Positions 37,264 through 46,374 of a stretch of 64,000 bases of DNA are shown here, in pieces (the stretch's first letter is position 1; each line of letters opens with the position of its first letter). The stretch is from an uncultured Chthoniobacter sp. (GTDB lineage: Bacteria; Verrucomicrobiota; Verrucomicrobiia; Chthoniobacterales; Terrimicrobiaceae). The stretch covers positions 2,611-66,610 of the forward strand of contig CAZSDC010000001.1 of assembly GCA_964605515.1 (NCBI GenBank), in the 5' to 3' direction. The position numbers and the translations under genes are program-made. A model generated the notes under the pieces. The model saw nothing but the letters and a program-made list of their open reading frames with translations. It was not told where the DNA came from and ran no database searches.

Positions 37264-38127
37264 ATGAGCCAGCAAACCGAATCCGAAACCCAGGCCTGGG
37301 ACGTCGTCATCACAAGCAAAAAGCTACTGTTCAATTTTTCGATCAGGGAGCTTTGGAGTTACAGGGATTTGATGCTTTTGACGATCTATCGCGACTTCGT
37401 GGCCATGCACAAGCAGACCGTAATGGGCTTTTTGTGGTATGTAATCCCACCGGTCATCATGACCGTCGTTTACAAGGTGGTGTTCGGGAACATCGCCAAG
37501 ATGCCGACGAACCAAATTCCTCCCTTTCTGTTCTTTATGAGCGGGATCGTCCTGTGGGCATATTTTTCTGCGTGCATTTCGAAAACGGCGACGACGTTCA
37601 CCTCGAACGCACCGCTTTTCACAAAAATCTATTTTCCGCGCCTGGTGCTTCCGATTGCCGGCTGCATCAGCAATCTCTGGCAATTTCTCGTGCAGCTTTT
37701 GATCTTCGCCGGCTTTTACATCTATTTCCTTATAAATGGGTCGCCCATCTCATTCTCTTATCGCATCATTATTGTCCCGTTTCTGGTTCTGCAAATTGCG
37801 GTGCTGGGATTTGGAGCAGGATGCTGGATTTCCGCCTTAACCACCCGATTCCGTGACCTGCAATTGGCGGTTGCGCCAGTCATTCAAATGTGGATGTATG
37901 CGAGCTGCATTTTTTATCCAAGATCAAGCGTTCCGGAAAATCTTCAGTGGGTAATGTCGATTAACCCCTTGGTGCCAATTATTGAAGCGTTTCGCTTTGC
38001 TGTGATGGGGCAAGGGCAAGTCAGTATCCTGAATTGGTTATTTAGTGTTGTTATCACGCTTATCATGCTGATTATCGGAGTGATCGAATTCGGCCGCGCC
38101 GAAAAAACAATGGCGGACACCATATAA
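37264..38127 (+). CDS. wzm: ABC-2 type polysaccharide exporter permease (Wzm/TagG/KpsM family)
   Basis: Internal ATG at 37264. IRELWSYRDLMLLTIYRDFVAMHKQTVMGFLWYVIPP is a typical ABC-2 N-terminus. Six hydrophobic segments. Confidence 0.85.
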   Translation: MSQQTESETQAWDVVITSKKLLFNFSIRELWSYRDLMLLTIYRDFVAMHKQTVMGFLWYVIPPVIMTVVYKVVFGNIAKMPTNQIPPFLFFMSGIVLWAYFSACISKTATTFTSNAPLFTKIYFPRLVLPIAGCISNLWQFLVQLLIFAGFYIYFLINGSPISFSYRIIIVPFLVLQIAVLGFGAGCWISALTTRFRDLQLAVAPVIQMWMYASCIFYPRSSVPENLQWVMSINPLVPIIEAFRFAVMGQGQVSILNWLFSVVITLIMLIIGVIEFGRAEKTMADTI

Positions 38128-38159
38128 ACGAGTCTTTAAAAAACACAGCCTTCCATTTT

Positions 38160-39011
38160 ATGTCAGACGCAATTTCTATTGAAAATGTCTCGAAAATATA
38201 CCGTTTGGGTGAAATCAACCGTTCACAGCTATTTGGGGATATCCGGAGATGGGTTCAGCGAAAGGTGGGTGTTGGGCAAGGTTTTGGAAATCCGGTGTGT
38301 GAAGAGGAGGAAGGCGATAAGCGGGACGTCTTCTGGGCACTGAAAGATATCAGTATAAAGATACGACAGGGTGAGACCCTGGCGATCATCGGGGCAAACG
38401 GTGCCGGAAAATCCACGCTGCTGAAAATTATTTCAAGAATTACCGCTCCGACAGAAGGGGTGGTGCGGATTTGCGGGCGTGTAGGCAGTTTGCTGGAAGT
38501 CGGGACAGGGTTCCATCCGGATCTTACCGGGCGCGATAACGTGTATTTAAATGGAGCGATTCTTGGAATGCTGCGAAGTGAGGTGAAGGCAAAATTTGAT
38601 GATATTGTCTCATTTGCGGGTGTGGAACGGTTTATCGACACGCCTGTAAAGCACTACTCCAGCGGCATGTATGTGCGCCTGGCGTTCTCTGTAGCCTCCT
38701 ATCTGGAACCAGAGATACTGATTGTCGATGAGGTGCTTTCGGTGGGAGACGCAAAGTTCCAGGATAAGTGCATGGATCGGATCCGCGCACTCATCAAAGA
38801 CGGTCGAACGCTGATCTTTGTGTCGCATGGCGCGGAAACCGTTGCAAAAATCTGCGATCGCGCAATTTATCTGAAGGAAGGGAAAATGGCTTACGATGGC
38901 GATACGATGTCCGCAATCGAGGAATATTATCTCGATCAGTATATCGACCTTAAAACTCTTGATAAGACGCGGGAACTGATGCGTGAAACAATTAAAGAAA
39001 AAGCATTATAA
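38160..39011 (+). CDS. wzt: ABC polysaccharide exporter ATP-binding protein (Wzt/TagH family), short form without a carbohydrate-binding C-domain
   Basis: Walker A GANGAGKSTLLK, signature YSSGMYVRLAF, Walker B ILIVDEVLSVGD. Only about 40 aa follow the NBD. Confidence 0.9.
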   Translation: MSDAISIENVSKIYRLGEINRSQLFGDIRRWVQRKVGVGQGFGNPVCEEEEGDKRDVFWALKDISIKIRQGETLAIIGANGAGKSTLLKIISRITAPTEGVVRICGRVGSLLEVGTGFHPDLTGRDNVYLNGAILGMLRSEVKAKFDDIVSFAGVERFIDTPVKHYSSGMYVRLAFSVASYLEPEILIVDEVLSVGDAKFQDKCMDRIRALIKDGRTLIFVSHGAETVAKICDRAIYLKEGKMAYDGDTMSAIEEYYLDQYIDLKTLDKTRELMRETIKEKAL

Positions 39012-39038
39012 ACACGCGGCGTCTCAGCACAATAAGCC

Positions 39039-39908
39039 ATGATAATTCACTTTGTCGCATATCCTAACACCAAGGATTATCTCTTGCTTCAGGCATTTTA
39101 TAAGATATTTGGCATTCCTTGGTATGAGGCCGATATTTCCAACCAGTCGGATCTTATTGTTTCCGAGGAGGAGCAACTCGGGGGTTATCGGTCAGCCGGC
39201 GAACCATGGAGGACATTTTTTGATAAACATAATAGCTCGCAAAGCTCGTTAATCTTTGCCAGAACACGCCGCCTGCCTCAGGATGCACTTCCATTTGTCT
39301 ACGTATCCCGTCATCCGGCAAACATATTTATGGACGCAGCCAAGTCTCAACATTCAGATGGGATTCAAGATTCCACCCTCATGTTGAGGGAGATTTATGG
39401 GATTGGTGTTTATCCGGATTGGAGTGCGCACTATCTAGAATGGAAAGCGCATAAAGAGCGGGTTTCCGGCTACTTTGTGCGGTTGGAAGACTTTTGTGCT
39501 GATCCTCTGCGCACGCTGGTAAAGCTCGCCGTGCGCCTTCACCTACCCAAGCCTCAGGCATTCCAGGAGTATAGCTGCCCATTGCCTCCTGATCACCTCG
39601 CGGAGTTTGATGCGATCGATCCTGCTTTAAAGAGCCTGCTCCTTGCGCTCCACGGAACAGCTATGTCTGAACTGGGCTATCTGCAGTCTGACCATACGCC
39701 AACGGACAAACTTCTCGAGGGGTTGCCTTCAAGCATTCTTGCTAAAGCTCTAACTTTGTTGAGAGATGAAAGCAACCTTAACAAAAAAAAGGCGAATGAG
39801 GTCCAGACGATGGCGAGTTACATCGAATCGTTGGAAAATCAATACAAGCTGGAGACAGGAAATCTGATTGATCGCATCAACAAGCTGACGAAGAGGATTC
39901 CCGCCTGA
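39039..39908 (+). CDS. sulfotransferase-fold-like protein with a degenerate PAPS loop and a C-terminal coiled coil
   Basis: YVSRHPANIFMDAAKS resembles the 3'-PB motif (Y-V-x-R-x-P-x-D). DWSAHYLEWK...FVRLEDFCADPLRTLVKLAVRLHL resembles the sulfotransferase W..H..W / YEDL..DP block. The N-terminal loop is YPNTKD rather than PKSGTT. Tail: ANEVQTMASYIESLENQYKLETGNLIDRINKLTK. GC is low (21/60 in 39061-39120). Confidence 0.45.
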   Translation: MIIHFVAYPNTKDYLLLQAFYKIFGIPWYEADISNQSDLIVSEEEQLGGYRSAGEPWRTFFDKHNSSQSSLIFARTRRLPQDALPFVYVSRHPANIFMDAAKSQHSDGIQDSTLMLREIYGIGVYPDWSAHYLEWKAHKERVSGYFVRLEDFCADPLRTLVKLAVRLHLPKPQAFQEYSCPLPPDHLAEFDAIDPALKSLLLALHGTAMSELGYLQSDHTPTDKLLEGLPSSILAKALTLLRDESNLNKKKANEVQTMASYIESLENQYKLETGNLIDRINKLTKRIPA

Positions 39909-40021
39909 GGTCGGACTACTGAGAAGCGACGCCGATGGGAAGCGGATTGCGCGATCGACTGCATCAAGGCGACACTCCAAAAATACCGCGCAAGAAAATG
40001 GCTAAGTCATTTTAAACCGGC

Positions 40022-41029
40022 ATGTCTGCTGAAAGGATTAAAAACATGGTGGGGATGGCTCAGCACTGGGCTGGGGTTGCCAGATACCGCTTGACTCACC
40101 CTGACGCGCACAGGAAATACAAGGAACACTTTACTGAGTTTATTGCCCACCTCGAGGAGAAGTATATTCCGATGCGTTTGGGCGTTTACATGCAGCATGA
40201 GCCGAGGAGGCCATATCTTGAGCGGTTTCCACAAAGACACGGAATCTCGGAAAAACTGTCCATCGCGATCGTCACCCCGAGCTACAACCAGGCTAGGTTC
40301 GTGGGAGATACCGTTGAAAGCGTTCTGGATCAAAACTACTCCAATCTCCGCTATGCGGTGATGGACGGTGACTCCAAAGACAATAGTAAGCAGGTCATTT
40401 CGGAATACCAACCCAGACTCAGCGCTTTTGTCAGTGAGAGGGATGCCGGACAATCGGATGCCATTAAAAAAGGGTTTTCCATGGTCGCCGGAGAAATTAT
40501 GGCTTATCTAAACTCCGACGATATGCTGATGCCGGGAGTGCTGGATTATGTCGACAATTTCTTCAAGCAATATAAGGATGTTGATGTGATATATGGTCAC
40601 CGTATCGTCATCGACGAAAGCGGACGACAGATAGGAAGGTGGGTGCTCCCACCCCACTCCGACAATGATTTGAAATACTTTGATTATATTCCACAGGAGA
40701 CCATGTTCTGGCGGAGGAAGATCTGGGACAAGGCCGGGGGAATTGACCCGAAGTTTCAATTCGCGATGGATTGGGACTTGATACTGAGGTTTATCGAAGC
40801 CGGGGCGACGTTCAGGCGGCTCCCATTCTTTATGGCATACTTCAGAGCCCATGGGGCTCAGAAATCCCACACGATCTTCCGCACCAGCGGAGAGGAAGAA
40901 ACCCGAAAGATTCTGGACCGCGTCCACAACGGGGCAGTTTGTCGGCGCGATTTCGTCTCGGTTTATCGGTCCTATCGCCGCAGGTCGGCCATCTCCACGA
41001 TTTTGCTAAAATGTGGGATACGAAACTGA
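40022..41029 (+). CDS. GT2 glycosyltransferase (paralog set B, with an N-terminal extension of about 85 aa)
   Basis: SIAIVTPSYNQARFVGDTVESVLDQNY...MDGDSKDNS...ERDAGQSDAIKKGF...YLNSDDML. Confidence 0.8.
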   Translation: MSAERIKNMVGMAQHWAGVARYRLTHPDAHRKYKEHFTEFIAHLEEKYIPMRLGVYMQHEPRRPYLERFPQRHGISEKLSIAIVTPSYNQARFVGDTVESVLDQNYSNLRYAVMDGDSKDNSKQVISEYQPRLSAFVSERDAGQSDAIKKGFSMVAGEIMAYLNSDDMLMPGVLDYVDNFFKQYKDVDVIYGHRIVIDESGRQIGRWVLPPHSDNDLKYFDYIPQETMFWRRKIWDKAGGIDPKFQFAMDWDLILRFIEAGATFRRLPFFMAYFRAHGAQKSHTIFRTSGEEETRKILDRVHNGAVCRRDFVSVYRSYRRRSAISTILLKCGIRN

Positions 41030-41069
41030 CCTCTCGACCAAACGCGCCGCATACGCGGGGACTCAACTC

Positions 41070-42050
41070 ATGAAAATAAGTATTATCACACCGTCGTTCA
41101 ATCAGGCGGAGTTTCTCGAATCAACACTACAGAGCGTGCTCTCACAGACCGGAATCGATTTAGAATATATCGTCGTAGATGGCGGTTCAACCGATGGGAG
41201 CAAGGAAATTATTGAAAAACACAGCGGCAAGCTGGCGTGGTGGTGCAGCGAGCCGGACGGGGGGCAATACCAGGCGATCAACAAGGGGTTTGAGAAAGCC
41301 ACCGGCGAAATTCTCGCATGGCTCAATTCATCGGATATTTATCTTCCGTGGACGCTGACCACAGTATCACAAATCTTTTCAAGTCATCCCGGAGTGAACT
41401 GGCTGGCTGCCAATCACAAGCTGTGCATTGGCGAAAAGAACGAGTTTGCAGGTTATCAAAAGCTCCCGGGATACTCCCGGAATGCCTTTATCAAGGGAAT
41501 GCATGGCAGTCGACAGAACACAAACTTTATTCAACAAGAGACATGCTTCTGGCGCCGCTCCCTCTGGGACAAGATTGGAGGAAGGATTCCCGACACGTAT
41601 AAATATGCCGCCGACTTTCATCTCTGGTCGCTTATGTTTGAGCGCTCCGCCCTGACAGGGGTCGAGTGTCCTCTGGCTGCCTTTCGGTATCATGATGATC
41701 AGCGGAGCAAGATCGATGGCTATATGGACGAAGTGGAAGCCGTTCTGGCAGAGGCACGCAAATCCTCATCGATGCCGTCGCATCATGCTGAGATGCCGGT
41801 TGCATATTTAAAGCCTTCCAAGGAAGGGGACGAGGGGTTCGGCCGATGGGTGTTGAGCGTGATGGAGAACGACAACTTCATTTTCGAGGTGGATAACGCA
41901 GAGGTGGCGCTTCAGAAAAAAGAGCGGGTTATCGAAGAGCTGAATACTGCATGCATTGACCGTCTGGCAATCATCGAGAGGCTCAGAAGCGAGAATACGT
42001 TGAAGTTCCAACTGGAGCGCTTTGTCAGACACATGTTCAACAAATACTGA
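41070..42050 (+). CDS. GT2 glycosyltransferase (paralog set B, no N-extension) with a C-terminal coiled coil
   Basis: Internal ATG at 41070. MKISIITPSFNQAEFLESTLQSVLSQ...VVDGGSTDGS...PDGGQYQAINKGF...WLNSSDIY. Tail: AEVALQKKERVIEELNTACIDRLAIIERLRSENTLKFQLE. Confidence 0.8.
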   Translation: MKISIITPSFNQAEFLESTLQSVLSQTGIDLEYIVVDGGSTDGSKEIIEKHSGKLAWWCSEPDGGQYQAINKGFEKATGEILAWLNSSDIYLPWTLTTVSQIFSSHPGVNWLAANHKLCIGEKNEFAGYQKLPGYSRNAFIKGMHGSRQNTNFIQQETCFWRRSLWDKIGGRIPDTYKYAADFHLWSLMFERSALTGVECPLAAFRYHDDQRSKIDGYMDEVEAVLAEARKSSSMPSHHAEMPVAYLKPSKEGDEGFGRWVLSVMENDNFIFEVDNAEVALQKKERVIEELNTACIDRLAIIERLRSENTLKFQLERFVRHMFNKY

Positions 42051-42808
42051 TGAATACTCGCGATTTGCATTTGCTTTCGGTCGTTATTCCGGCCCGTGAC
42101 GAGGAGGGATGCATCGCATCAACGGTTGCCCATCTACACCTCGAGCTTAAACTGCGTGGAGTCCCTCATGAAATCATCGTGGTGGATGACGGCAGCACGG
42201 ATCGCACCTGGGAAATTCTCGGAGAGACCCGGGCACAAATCTCCGAGTTGGTCCCCCTTCAAAACCCCGGGCCGCACGGCTTTGGTAGGGCTATCGTAAA
42301 AGGGTTGAACCATTTTACCGGTGATTGTGTCGTGATCATGATGGCGGATGAATCTGACGATTGTCGTGATGTGGTGCGCTATTGGGAGGAACTCAACCGC
42401 GGATACGACTGTGTGTTTGGCAGCCGCTTCATGCGGGGCGGCGGGGTGATTGACTATCCGAAAATCAAACTCACGCTTAACCGACTTGCAAACGCATTTG
42501 TCAAAGTTCTATTCCGACACGGGCTGAATGATACGACGAACGCATTCAAGGCCTACAGGCGCACTGTCATTGAGGGAATCCGTCCGATTCTCTCGCCCCA
42601 TTTCAACATTACAGTAGAATTGCCACTCAAGGCGATCGTCCGGGGGTATTCTTTCAGCACAATTCCCATCACTTGGCGTAACAGGCGACATGGCGTCGCG
42701 AAGCTCAAGATTCGCGAAATGGGGAGCCGCTATCTTTTCATCTGCCTCTATGTTTGGCTTGAGAAATACTTCAGCGGTGGCGACTACAAAAAGCTATCTT
42801 CCGAATGA
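42050..42808 (+). CDS. GT2 polyprenyl-phosphate glycosyltransferase-like (DPM1-like)
   Basis: LSVVIPARDEEGCIASTV...IIVVDDGSTDRTWEIL...IMMADESDD...NAFKAYRR. Start overlaps the upstream stop by 1 nt (TGATG). Confidence 0.8.
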   Translation: MNTRDLHLLSVVIPARDEEGCIASTVAHLHLELKLRGVPHEIIVVDDGSTDRTWEILGETRAQISELVPLQNPGPHGFGRAIVKGLNHFTGDCVVIMMADESDDCRDVVRYWEELNRGYDCVFGSRFMRGGGVIDYPKIKLTLNRLANAFVKVLFRHGLNDTTNAFKAYRRTVIEGIRPILSPHFNITVELPLKAIVRGYSFSTIPITWRNRRHGVAKLKIREMGSRYLFICLYVWLEKYFSGGDYKKLSSE

Positions 42809-43803
42809 TTCTCGAAAAGATTAGTGCCAGAATAGCGAGATGGCCCCAACTGTATCTGTTCCATCATCGGAGGATCCGCTACCGGATTAAGACCGGAAAA
42901 ATCCGACCGTTTGATCCTGTATATTATCTGCAAGCATTGCACTGGATGCAGCTTGGGAAATATCAACACTACGCTCCCAGGAAAGTCACCTTTGACAAAC
43001 TGCCGTCCGGCAAGTCTTCATGTGCGTCCTTGCCTTCAATCTCAATTGTTACTCCAAGCTACAATCAGGGGGCATATTTGGAACAAACGATAAAAAGCGT
43101 TTGCAATCAGAACTATCCCCGCCTGAGCTATGCTGTTGTCGATGGGGGGTCCTCGGACGGAAGCTGTGATGTTATAAACCGCTACCGTGCCTTTTTAAGC
43201 TACACAGTCAGCGAAAAGGACCGGGGCCAGTCGGATGCGATTGCAAAAGGAATGCGCCATGTGTCAGGAGAAATCCAGGCATATCTGAACTCCGATGACC
43301 TCCTGGCTCCCGGGGTATTGCGCTTTGTCGGGAGCTACTTTGCTGAGCATCCGGATGTCGACGTGGTGTATGGGCACAGAATTATTGTCAACCACAACGC
43401 CGAGGAAATCGGGCGTTGGATTCTTCCAAGGCACTATCCCGAATCGATCATCCACTTTGATTTTGTTCCACAGGAAACCATGTTTTGGAGAAAATCAATC
43501 GCGGAGCGAATTGGCGGCATCAACCCCGATCTTCACTATGTGATGGATTGGGACTTCCTCCTCCGTCTCCAAAATGCCGGGGGCACGATCAGGCGTTTGC
43601 CATATTTTATGGGATGCTTCAGAGCTCACGAAGTCCAAAAGAGCCAGTCAGGGTCCGAAGTCGGAAAGCAGGAAATTCTGGATGTGATGAAAATGTTCGG
43701 CGGGGACTGGCATTTCGGAGCGGAATTCATGCGGGCCGAACAGGAACTCAAGCGCAGAGCCCTTTGGACATCGATTCAAATGGTATTCGGTATCCGCTCA
43801 TGA
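42805..43803 (+). CDS. GT2 glycosyltransferase (paralog set B, with N-terminal extension)
   Basis: ISIVTPSYNQGAYLEQTIKSVCNQNY...VDGGSSDGS...EKDRGQSDAIAKGM...YLNSDDLL. Roughly half of the residues are identical to the 40022 protein by eye. ATGA overlap. Confidence 0.8.
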   Translation: MILEKISARIARWPQLYLFHHRRIRYRIKTGKIRPFDPVYYLQALHWMQLGKYQHYAPRKVTFDKLPSGKSSCASLPSISIVTPSYNQGAYLEQTIKSVCNQNYPRLSYAVVDGGSSDGSCDVINRYRAFLSYTVSEKDRGQSDAIAKGMRHVSGEIQAYLNSDDLLAPGVLRFVGSYFAEHPDVDVVYGHRIIVNHNAEEIGRWILPRHYPESIIHFDFVPQETMFWRKSIAERIGGINPDLHYVMDWDFLLRLQNAGGTIRRLPYFMGCFRAHEVQKSQSGSEVGKQEILDVMKMFGGDWHFGAEFMRAEQELKRRALWTSIQMVFGIRS

Positions 43804-43831
43804 TCAGTCTATCCGTTCGCAACAACGCAGT

Positions 43832-45469
43832 ATGAGCATTTCATCTTTTGTGGAGAAATACCCAATGGCGGTCCGAGCTTTCTTGATCGTTGTTCTCACG
43901 GCTGTATTTGTGTCCTTGTGCGTTCAGCAATCCCGCATAAAGGGGCGGTTGTGTTCAGTTCCAAATTATGACGACGTCGTATATCTATACCAGGGTGCAC
44001 TACTTCAGAAAACCGTTGCCAACGAGGGCATCAACGGATTCCTAAGATTTCTCAGGGAGACCGATCTGCATAGCCCGTTCTCAATTTTCCTCGCCGCGGT
44101 TTCATTCGCTATTCTGGGTATACGGGATGATGCCCCATACATTGCGAATCTGATTGTGGTCGTCGGATATCTCGCGGGGTTGACTTGGTTCTTCAGAAAA
44201 CTGAAGTTTTTCGACTGGCTCCTGTGCGCAGTCATGTTTTTGACTCTGCCATTCATGACAATAGGGGTGGTGGAGTTTCGCCCCGATATCGCATGGGCTG
44301 TTATGGCTGGATTTGGCGTCGTCTGGTTCGTGACGGAGCCTGCGGTCTTTTCGAATTACTCAAAAGCTGCTTTGTCGGGCATGTTTTTGGGGCTGGCGCT
44401 CACTATAAAGCCGACGACATTTGCGATGACAGTTTTGTTGTATTCCGGGGCGATCATCTCAAGGGCGGTCATTGGCTATTCGACCCTGAGGGAATCCCAG
44501 TCCCCGGGGACGATAAGAATCATAAAAGGAGCGATCATTGTTTTGATTGTGGCATGCCTTTTCGCTGGCCCGTATTGGTTGCGATACGGGCGTGAAGTAT
44601 GGGAGTACTTCTACATAAACTCGTTTGGTGTAAACAAGGCGGTTTGGTCGCTGGACATGGGGCTGTTTGATTCCATTACTTACTACATCACTGGTGCCGG
44701 AGGGGTCTCAAATCTTGGCAGATCGGGGGCGATCCTTTTCTTATTCACCTTGCTTTGTGCCAGTCTTGCATTTGTCCGGTTCCGTCAAATCCGGCTCAAC
44801 ATGGTCTTTCTAATGCTGATCCTTCTGGGCGCATGCGCGGTAAATTCCGTGGCTTCGATGAAACAGCCGTTTCTCGGAGGAGGCTTCTATGGGGTTCTGA
44901 TATTTTCTTCCGCCTATCTCATCGCTTTGGTATATGGAGCGAACGATCTTGGGATCAGGGCGAGGGTGATATTGCGCATTGTGCTTTGTTTTTTTTGCGC
45001 GGCTTCGATCATCTCGTATGCTTGGCCTGATTGTAGCGACTATTTCAAAACCCGAATGGATTCCCTAGCTAATCTAAAGGGCAGCAACGAGTTTCTTGTC
45101 AGAAATCTCAAAGAATCCGGGAGCGGAATCCCTAAAAGCATTCTTTTTACCCAGGCAGGCCCGATCATCATGGAAGGAGTTGGGCTTTCCATGCTGAGAG
45201 ACAACCTGAATCCCACGATGCGTTGGGGTGCATTTATCCGGAATGCGGAGGGATTCAGGTGGACCTACCCCAACTTTGACTGGGTTCTGCTCCAAGATCC
45301 AGGGATGAAGGGATCGTCTCCAAATATGCCCTCGGAAGCCATCCTTCCAGAATTTCAAGCCGTTATCGCCGCAGACCCTAACTACAAGGTTCATGCGGAA
45401 TACATTGATGCCGACGGAAAGAGGATCGTAATTTACAGCCGGATTGACCGGAATCACGGGGCAGAATGA
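43832..45469 (+). CDS. GT-C-like polytopic membrane protein (paralog family A)
   Basis: GRLCSVPNYDDVVYLYQGA after TM1, then HSPFSIFLAAVSFAILGIRDDAPY. More than 10 TM segments and a soluble C-terminus. Confidence 0.55.
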   Translation: MSISSFVEKYPMAVRAFLIVVLTAVFVSLCVQQSRIKGRLCSVPNYDDVVYLYQGALLQKTVANEGINGFLRFLRETDLHSPFSIFLAAVSFAILGIRDDAPYIANLIVVVGYLAGLTWFFRKLKFFDWLLCAVMFLTLPFMTIGVVEFRPDIAWAVMAGFGVVWFVTEPAVFSNYSKAALSGMFLGLALTIKPTTFAMTVLLYSGAIISRAVIGYSTLRESQSPGTIRIIKGAIIVLIVACLFAGPYWLRYGREVWEYFYINSFGVNKAVWSLDMGLFDSITYYITGAGGVSNLGRSGAILFLFTLLCASLAFVRFRQIRLNMVFLMLILLGACAVNSVASMKQPFLGGGFYGVLIFSSAYLIALVYGANDLGIRARVILRIVLCFFCAASIISYAWPDCSDYFKTRMDSLANLKGSNEFLVRNLKESGSGIPKSILFTQAGPIIMEGVGLSMLRDNLNPTMRWGAFIRNAEGFRWTYPNFDWVLLQDPGMKGSSPNMPSEAILPEFQAVIAADPNYKVHAEYIDADGKRIVIYSRIDRNHGAE

Positions 45470-45543
45470 TAACCGTCGAAACAACCGGGAATGGCATACA
45501 CTGGACCGCCTGCAACCAAGGGTGTGATAGGAATTGAATCCCT

Positions 45544-46245
45544 GTGCCAGATGACCACGATTGCCGACAAGTGACAACCCCTCGCATCACCTTCCAGTGG
45601 ATTGAAAACTGTCCGAATGAGCGGCTGCGCACCGCCCAGGGGCAGCTGCAGGAAAGCGTTCGCATGATTGGGCTGGAGCCTTTCGTTTTTCCAGCCGGAC
45701 CGTCGCTTGTGAAGTTTACGGATGTGCTCCGCTTTGCCCGCAAGCACGCCTCGGGGAATAGTTTTGTCTGGTGCAATTCCGATGTCACGCTGACAGCCAA
45801 CCCCTATGATCTGGACGACGGGCTAACTGTCCGGGGATTTCACCGGCGGGAAGTGCCATCGGGAGAAATCTGCGGCGGGGTGGACATGTATCTGATTCCA
45901 AATTCTTTTTGGGACGAGGTTTTGTCTCGGGACCTTCCGGATCTCTGGTGTGGTGCCACCCACATAGATTGGTGGTTGACCCGCGCGTCGGCTCTTGCTG
46001 GCCGGTATACGCCACACACTGGTTACATTGATCACATCACCCATCCCGAGTCTCCCGCATCGAAATCTGTATCGAGTTCATTTTATCGGCACAACATCAG
46101 GGAATACAACAGGTGGGCGCGCAGGAACGGCGCTGGACTTCATGAGACGAAAATCTCACTCCCGATTATCGGAAAATCTTTCTCGCCCATCACTGATTAT
46201 CTACGATGGATTTTCTCCAGCAAGAAAGCCAATGGCACTCCGTAA
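45544..46245 (+). CDS. hypothetical soluble protein, possible small GT-A-like transferase
   Basis: GTG start (uncertain; the next in-frame ATG is at 45664). FVWCNSDVTL and GGVDMYLI are reminiscent of DxD-type GT-A cores. No family is recognised with certainty. Confidence 0.4.
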   Translation: MPDDHDCRQVTTPRITFQWIENCPNERLRTAQGQLQESVRMIGLEPFVFPAGPSLVKFTDVLRFARKHASGNSFVWCNSDVTLTANPYDLDDGLTVRGFHRREVPSGEICGGVDMYLIPNSFWDEVLSRDLPDLWCGATHIDWWLTRASALAGRYTPHTGYIDHITHPESPASKSVSSSFYRHNIREYNRWARRNGAGLHETKISLPIIGKSFSPITDYLRWIFSSKKANGTP

Positions 46246-46374
46246 CCCGTTGAATATCACCTTGCACCAGCATATCGTTCATGTGCATGAACCGTGTGGT
46301 TTTCAAAGCCGATTGTCTTTGATGGAGTGTTTTCTCGGTAGATTATCGCAGCGGCGTCCACCTCACTTCTTGTC

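Noticed and set aside
46277-46292. 7-2-7 inverted repeat GTTCATG-TG-CATGAAC upstream of the SDR gene at 46375.
   Set aside because: Arms this short are expected by chance several times in 64 kb, and no second copy or promoter context was found.
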